Source: an uncultured Candidatus Saccharibacteria bacterium (GTDB taxonomy: Bacteria; Patescibacteriota; Doudnabacteria; UBA920). Taken from it: a DNA stretch of 64,000 bases. The notes beneath the pieces were generated by a model, which worked only from the letters and a program-made list of their open reading frames with translations, did no database searches and was not told where the DNA came from. The stretch is taken from assembly GCA_964532425.1 (NCBI GenBank), contig CAZHIA010000001.1:124951-188950 (forward strand), in the 5' to 3' direction. This document shows, one piece after another, positions 51,401-60,400 of this stretch (the first letter of the stretch is position 1; the number at the start of each line of letters is the position of its first letter). The translations under genes and the position numbers were made by a program.

Positions 51401-54400
51401 CGACGGTGGCCAAGATCAACGGCGTGGCGCTAGGTTCGACCACGGCTACGGCTGGTAACCTCCTGATTGGTTCTGGTTCCCAGTGGGTCTCTACTGCCTT
51501 GAGCGGGGATGCCACCATCAACAGTTCTGGTGCCTTAACCTTAAAGAACACTGGCACGGCCGGTACCTACGGCTCAGCCTCCCAAGTCCCGGTTTTGACT
51601 ACCGATGCCCAGGGGAGAGTGACCGGCGTAACGAACACATCAATCGCGATTGGTGGAGCAGCCATCACGTCCGGCGTGGTTGGCACAACTTACGGTGGCA
51701 CGGGCCAGAACTCTTCTGCTTGGAACGGCATGGTTAAAACCGTCGGTGGTACTTGGTCAGCCGTGCAGGGTACGACCGGCTACAATGCCTACTGGTCAGA
51801 TGCCAATACCATTGCAGCTGAACAGTATACCGCTGTGACCCGCGGTGGTACCGGCGCTGGTACCTTAACCGGTGTACTGAAAGGCAACGGCACCTCAGCC
51901 TTTACTGCGATGACTGGCACCCAGAATTACATCACCAAGTGGACTGACGCCAACACCATTGGTAATTCGATAATGTTAGACAATGGTACGAATGTGGGTA
52001 TTGGGAGTGCGAGTCCTGGATACAAGCTGGATGTAGTTGGTACAGGAAAATTCAGTAACACATTGACCTTAGGTGACAGCAGTCCGACTATCTTACAGTC
52101 GAGCAGAGGAGCTACCAACGGCAGCCAAATCATTTTGGGTCAGACATATGTACCGACTTTTGGTGGTAGATATTCTGGGGCAGAGGCATTTATGGCCAGC
52201 AACGCGTACCAAACAACCGATAACGTTGATGCTTGGGCAAAAGGAGCGGGTACATATGGCTCAACTATCGCCTTGTTGGGTATTAGTTCTACAGTAACAA
52301 ACCCTGCTTTCCAGATAAAATATTCTCCCGGCAACACAGCTTCTGCCGGACTCGGCTCCTTCTTTACCTCGGACCTGCTTACTGTATTGGGTAATGGCAA
52401 TGTAGGTATTGGAACGTCAGTGCCGGGGTATAAACTGCATGTAAATGGTGATACATTAATCAATGCCAACCTTTACCTGGCAACAGCGGGTGCGAGATTG
52501 GGCAGCGATGGATCTGGCAGTATAGATTTTAATTACAACACTGGCTCGACTAATTCTTGGAATTGGTATGGCGGTGGTACGACCAAATTGGTCACCATGA
52601 CCAATGGTGGCAATGTTGGTATTGGAACGAGTAATCCAGTAGCTAAGCTGCACATTCATGGTAATTACAACAATACCGGTAGCGGCGGTTTCCTGTTAGA
52701 CGCGACTGATACCTCTGATCCGAACACCTATTCGTTGCGCATTAATCCCTACGTTGTGGGTGCTGCGAAAGTTGGATACCAGTTCGTTACCACAAGCGCT
52801 ACCGGCGGTACCAGCACGCCGTTGACTTTTGACAATGCCGGCAACGTGGGCATTGGTTCTACATTGCCTGGCTACAAACTCGATGTGGTTGGCACCGGCC
52901 ACTTCACTGGCGCATTGACCTTGGATACTGATCTCACCGTAGCTAACGGCGGTACCGGCGTCTCTACCTTTACTACCAATGGCGTACTCTATGGCAATGG
53001 TGCCAATGCCCTGAATGTGACGACTGCCGGTACGGCTGGCCAGATCCTTATGGCTAACGGTTCAGCAGTGCCCACCTTTACCACCATGAGCGGCGATGCC
53101 ACCATTAGTGGCACGGGTGTCATTAGCCTAAAGAACACCGGCACGGCCGGCACCTATGGCTCTGCTACCCAAGTGCCAGTCCTGACCACCGATGCACAGG
53201 GAAGAGTTACCGGTGTTACCAATACCACTATCTCAGGAGTAGCTCCAGGCGGTTCAGCCGGTGGTGATCTAACGGGTACCTACCCGAACCCCACCGTGAA
53301 CGGCATCAAGGGTGCAGCCGTGCCTGCCTTGTCTGCTGGGTTCCTCAAATACAATGGGTCAGCTTGGACCTTTGATTCTTCTACTTATTTAACCGGTAAC
53401 CAGACCATAACTCTCTCCGGCGATGTCTCTGGTTCAGGTACTACAGCTATTACCACCGCTATCGGTGCTGGTAAAGTTACCAACATCATGCTCGCTGGCA
53501 GTATTGCTGCCTCCAAGCTCGTTGGCACTGATATTACCACCGTGGGAGCCTTAACCTCCGGTTCCATTGCTTCAGGCTTTGGCACCATTGCTACGGCTAA
53601 CACCATTACTGGTACGACCATTAATGGTACTACCGGTATTAACACCGGTGCGGGTGCCGGTACCCAGCGCATCGATGCCTCCGGCAACCTCGTGAATATC
53701 GGCACTATTACCTCAGGGTTAATTAACGGCCAGACCATTTCTGCGGCTGCTAACTTTACGGGCACTGTAAATGTGGCAACGAGTATTACTACTGGAGGGT
53801 ACCATAATTTAGGTAATGACAATTTCCTGTATAACGGTGATTTTGAAACAGGGAATTCAGCTGGTTGGAGCGGGGTGACCTCAGTTGTTACTGGCGGTTA
53901 TTCCGGAAAATATACTTCGCAAATTACCGGCCCGAGCTACCTCGTCAGCGATGATTATATTCCGGTAAATCCGGTGACTGACGTATTCCAGTTGGAAGCC
54001 TGGGTAAAAAAGACTGTTGCTGGCGGGACGCCGGGAATCCTGTATTTCGGTTATTACGCGTATGATGCTAACAAAACGGTGATAACTTCTTCTCCATGTG
54101 GAAGCTATTGTTACTTTGCTACTTCGGGCTGGACAGTTCCTGTAGATGGAAATTGGCATAAAGTCAGCGCTACGACTTATGGTGAAAGTACAAATGCCCC
54201 AAGCTTCCCGGTCGGGACTAAATTTATTCAGGTCTTGGGCTTAGTCAACTACTCAGCTTCGGGAGATGCAGTTACCCAAATAGACCACATCACCCTAAAG
54301 CGCATAAACAATGGACCCTTGTTCGTTGGCAATAATTTTACCAGCACCAATTTGGTTGACCAAACTCAGGTTACGCAGCTATATACCACCTCGGGAAATA

Positions 54401-57400
54401 ATTTCGTTATAACTCCTCCGGGATCCGGTAATGTCGGTATTGGCTCGGCTTCACCCAGCTACAAACTCGATGTGGTTGGCACCGGCCACTTCACTGGCGC
54501 ATTGACCTTGGATACTGATCTCACGGTAGCTAACGGCGGTACCGGCGTCTCTACCTTTACTACTAACGGCGTACTCTATGGCAATGGTGCCAATGCTTTG
54601 AATGTGACCACTGCTGGTACGGCTGGCCAGCTCCTGATGGCCAATGGTTCAGCAGTGCCCACCTTTACCACCATGAGTGGCGATGCCACCATCAATGGGA
54701 CTGGTGTGATTGCCTTAAAGAACACTGGTACGGCCGGCACCTATGGCTCAGCGACCCAAGTTCCAGTCTTAACTACCGATGCCCAGGGGAGAGTCACCGG
54801 TGTTACCAATACGACCATCTCAGGAGTAGCCCCAGGCGGTTCAGCCGGTGGTGACCTCTCTGGTACCTACCCCAATCCCACGGTAGCTAAGATCAACGGC
54901 GTGGCGCTTGGTTCAACGACTGCTACGGCTGGCAACCTCCTCATTGGCTCTGGTTCCCAGTGGGTCTCGACTGCCATGTCTGGTGATGTCACGATCAATT
55001 CTTCCGGCGTCTCTGCCATTGGCGCACTCAAAGTTACCAATGCCATGATTGCCAATTCCACCATTGACCTGACTACGAAGGTGACTGGAATCTTGCCGGT
55101 TGCCAACGGCGGTTCCAGTGCTAATACCTTAACTGGTGTCTTAAAAGGTAACGGCACCTCGGCTTTTACGGCTATGACCGGTACGCAGAACTATGTCGCG
55201 AGGTGGACGGATGCCAATACGATCGGTACTGGGGTGCTGTTTGATAACGGTACGAACGTTGGTGTTGGTACTTCCAACCCTGCCGGAGCAAAATTACAGG
55301 TGGCAGGTGCTATAGCAGCAAACAACGATATTGGTGGCGGTGGTACTACGGGTACTGCTGGCACCGGCGGCAACACGTGGACCTTACATGGTGCGGGCAA
55401 TGGCTGGTTGTATTTGAATAATGGTAACAACAGCGCATATCATGGTCTTGCTGTCGGGCAGTTATGGGTTTCCGACATTGCTTACTTAACTAGCAATGTT
55501 AACATTCGCGGTACATTGGCAAATGACACTGGAGCAACCTTAACTGTTGGAGGTGGTACCAGCGGCTATACCAACTTTACTGGCAATGTGGGTATTGGCA
55601 GTGCAAGTCCTGGTGTAAAATTGGATGTCGCTGGAGATGTACGCTTGACCGGAACGCTATTTGGTGATATCGATAGTGGAAGGAATCTTGTTGCGGACAA
55701 TGTATATAATTCTGCCGTAACAGGTTATCAGTATACGCATGGACGCGTTTTGGTAAGCGGGAATTTGAACAGAATTGTGTTTTCGAGAGAAAGCGACTAC
55801 ACAACCAATAAAGCCAGGGTGTTGACCCCTGGGTATTACTCGGTTTCTTTCTGGTACAAAGTGGAAAATTTTGTTTCCGGTACTACCATTTATCCGAATT
55901 TAAATGACCAAGGCCTGCCAACTTTTGATGTGTCTGCAAACAAGGGCTGGACATTCTATTCCGGGACTTTGAATGTAACTCAGACTTCTTATGGTTTCTT
56001 GGATATGGAAGGAACCTTTAACTCGACTATTACCGTTTCGGATATTGTCATAGTCCGTTCTCCTAAACCTGCCCAGCAATATATGTTAGCTCCAGAAGAT
56101 ATAGTCCAATATTATGAAAACGGTAATGTTGGCATTGGTTCCATTATTCCTGGAGCCAACCTTGATGTGGTCGGTACCGGCCGCTTCTCCTCTACGCTCA
56201 CTGCTTCCAACGGCTTGACGGTCTCGGCTGGTTCGGTATCCTTGCCGAGCAACTCTATTGCTAACGCAGCCCTCCAGGGTAATGGTGCCTTGACCGTGAC
56301 TGCGGGTACTGGCCTTTCTGGTGGTGGATCAGTGGCCCTGGGTTCATCAGTAACGCTGTCACTTCCAAACGTCGGTACCGCATCCACCTATGGCTCAGCG
56401 ACTCAAGTTCCAGTCTTTACCACCGATGCCCAAGGCCGAGTCACTAGTGTGACTAACACCACCATCTCGGGTGTGGCTCCGGGCGGCTCTGCTGGCGGGG
56501 ACTTAACCGGTACTTATCCGAACCCGACCATTGCCACCGGTGCGGTGACCGGCACGAAGATCGCTGACAACACCATTACCGCTGCAGACCTGCAGGCAGG
56601 AGATTTCTCTTCGAAGATTAATTCCGGAACTTACTCTATTAATATTTCCGGAAACGCGAACTATGTAAATTCCGTTGACACCAGAAATACGAATGATGTC
56701 CCGCAGGATTTTGGATCGCTTGTGAAGTTTGATTTTAAAGCCAATGCCACCAATGGCTTGTCCGACGGAGGCGGGTATAACGGCGTCATGACCTGGAGAA
56801 GGTATGGTTCTGGAACCGACATGTCCGGCGGCTATCCGCAGCAAATTGCATACAGCGATAATAACAATTTGTGGCACCGCATCGGCACCGGAAACACGAC
56901 CTGGGGTTCTTGGGTCAAAGTTTGGGACGCAAACAACCTGACCAACTTGAATCAGTTATCCAACGGGCCGGGATATTTAACTTCCGTTAACAACAGCAAC
57001 TGGTCAGGCACCCAGCTCTCCGTGTCCAACGGCGGTACCGGTGCCACATCTCTGACAGGCGTGCTGAAAGGAAATGGCACTTCCGCATTTACAGCCATGA
57101 CTGGCACTGCTAATTATGTCGCCAGGTGGACTGATGCCAATACCATTGGCACGGGTGTATTGGTAGACAACGCTACCAACGTGGGTATTGGCAGCGCTAG
57201 CCCCGGAGTAAAGCTGGATGTTGCAGGAGCAATTGCTGCCACGGGCGCACCGAATAAGGGATATAATATGAATGCCGGCTCTTATGGTGGTAATACGTAC
57301 TATGCCTATGACAGCTTCTGTGCGGGTGAAAGCAATGGTAATTGCCAGGGAACAGGCGGTGTAATTATTGGCCGCGCCAACACTTCCGCGTATACCAATT

Positions 57401-60400
57401 TCCCGAATAGCGGTAGCAGCTTTATCGGCGGCAACCTTGGCCTCGGTGCAGTTGCGCCGGCAGCAAAGCTGGAAATAGATACCGCCAGTTCCGCATCAAC
57501 TGTAGAGGGCATGAGACTGCTTAACCCGAACACCGGTGCGGGTGGGGTACAAATGCGATTGGGGCAGTATACCACCGGCTACGCGGCAAGCATAGAAACG
57601 GTTGGAAATCCGGTTTCCTATTATGGATCAAGCCTGTGGCTGCGGCCTGGACTGCGTTCCGGCGCAAATACGCTCGGCAACGGTGTCTTTATAGACACGT
57701 ATGATAACGTAGGTGTTGGGACAACAAATCCTACCTATAAGTTGGAAGTGCAAGGGAATTTTAGGGCGTTTACCGCTTCCGGAGCAAATTCCATGGGTGT
57801 ATCTGCTGCAAACGGTAGTCAGTCGGAAATTTTCATCGATCAAAACGGCGTTAGGGCATGGCATTTGCAGAACTTGGCCACGAGCGGGGATTTGCTGCTT
57901 AGCGATGGTGGTGTCAATAATATGTATTGGCAAAAAGCCACGGGTAATGTTGGCATTGGTTCAACAGCTCCGGGCTACAAGTTGGATGTTCAAGGCGATG
58001 CCAGGGTCACGAGCAAATTGTGGCTCGACGCGGCAGAAGGCTTGGGTGTATATGGAATTCGCGGCCGCAATACGAATGAACAGGTGGAAATGTATCAAAA
58101 AGTGTCGATAGGCTATCCAGCCGGTTGGGGTAGTTTCCCGCAAGCTCCAGCGTACGGTTTGTATACATATGGCGGCGCGGTCCTTGCCGGTAATCAAGGC
58201 AATGTCGGTATTGGTAGCGCTAGTCCCGGATATAAATTAGTGGTCTCAGGAGATTCTCAGACAACCGGGTTGTTCTATGACAACCAGGGTTTTGTAGAGC
58301 AACAGAATTCTTACGAATGGAATTGGCATGGCCGCCGCTGGGCTTCGGGTTATGACGGCAGTGTTAGGACCAAGCTATTTGCGGATTTCTATGACAATAC
58401 CACGACTCCGGCTCAGGAAAAATGGATCCATACCAATACATTGGATGCAAACACCCGGCTGGACGGCAGTACTGTTTGGGGCGATGTCCACGCATACATT
58501 GCTATGTGGACTACGTATATTTATGTCCAGCGGCCGTTTACGGTCACTAACGTCACATTAAACGGCGACGATCCGTATGCCCTCTATATTAATGGTGCAT
58601 ACGTGACTGGCGCTGACTCCTGCTGCAGCGGTACAGTGTATTCCTACACATTCAACACCGGCTGGTACCGCCTGGACATGATCTATTCCGAGTCCGGCGG
58701 CGGTCACTATGTCTCGCTCGGTTGGAACCCCAAAGACTACACAGCCTATATTGCTACTATGACCCCATACGGTCCGCAGGATGCCATTTTTACCAAGGAT
58801 GGCAACGTCGGTATTGGGACGAGCTCACCAAGCAAGACATTGGCTGTGCAGGGCGACATTAACTTCACTGGCAACCTCTACCAAAATGGCTCACTATTCA
58901 CCAGTGGTGGTGGCGGTAATTCAGCGTGGACTATTGGCAGTGGTAAGATATATAACGCCACCTCTACGGACAACGTGGGTATCGGTACCTCGAATCCGAC
59001 CGATTTATTGACTGTTGGCAATGGCTCGATTAATCCTATCATCACCCTCAATGCCAATAGCTGGGGCCAGCTCGGTACCACCAAGACTTTAACCTTAGAA
59101 GGCGGCACGGGTATTAATCTCAAGACTAACGGCACCTCGCGCATGTACGTTGATTCGTCAAGCGGCAACATCGGCATTGGCACGACCAATACCAGTGCTA
59201 CCTTAGACGTGGTCTCATCGGTATCTGCCAGTAGCGGGTACGGGTATGCGACCAAGATTTCTCCCACCTTGAACGCTACGGCTAATAATGACACCATGGC
59301 GGCCTTAAGAATCTCTCCTTTAGTGGGAGGCAGCTATACCGGCCTTAAGTATATGGGCTTAATGGTCAACGATGTCTCGTCCGGCGGTAATGCCCAAACG
59401 CATTATGGCGTGTACAGCTCCCTGGTCCCCAACTATGGGGCGGGAGGCGTTGGTTATGGGTTATATGCCACGAACATTGCTACAGCATTTCAGAATACGT
59501 ATTACGGCGTCTATTCCGACGTCAACCAATCGTCCGGAACTGCATATGCCGGTGCCTTTATGGGCGGCAATGTGGGTATCGGCACGGCTAGTCCCACTGA
59601 AACTCTGCACCTGTACGGGACTAATCCTAATTTGCTCCTTAACAGCAACAACGGCTCGTACGCGGATTTAGACTTTGCTACCTATAATTTGGGAGGAACC
59701 GCGCCGACTGCCCGCATCAGGGCTTTAGACAACAACTATTCATCAGATTTGCAGTTCATGACCAAAAACCCCGGGGCGGCCGGCAATATTTTAGCCGAAA
59801 GAATGCGTCTGACCAATTACGGCAATTTTGGTATCGGCACCTCTACGCCCAATTACAAGCTGGTAGTGGCAGACGGTTCCGGCAACGGGGTCTTTAGTGT
59901 CGATAATTCCGCCACGGCTTCCAACGCTGGCATGGACATCACGGCTGGCCCGTCCCAATCCGGCAACCTCTTGAACTTCCTCTCGTCCGGCGGCACGCTG
60001 TTGACCTCGGTCTCGCAGTACGGCGGCCTGATGGTCAACATTTCCTCCTCGACTGCCTTCCAGGTGGCTAATGGTTCAGGTACCAGTGTCCTCAATGTGA
60101 ATACCGTCTCAACGAACGTCGGTATTGGCACTGTGTCACCGGACTACAAGTTGCGGGTAGAAGGCAGCCTGTTCGTCAATAATTCCTTGACGGACAAGCT
60201 TTCCAACACTTCCTGGACTAACCCGTCCGATATTCGCTTAAAGGATGTCCAGGGCACTTTCGACTCGGGCATGAACGAGCTGCTCCAGCTGCAGCCCATC
60301 CGCTATACCTTTAAGAACAATAATCCGTTCGGAGCTGATCCGGCCGCGCCGCATATCGGCTTTGTCGCTCAAGAAGTCCAGCAGGTCCTGCCTGAGGCGG

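Noticed and set aside
47010-52850. Diversity-generating retroelement TR/VR pair in the duplicated module
   Set aside because: Differences involve all bases and many are synonymous, both copies are in frame, and no reverse transcriptase is present
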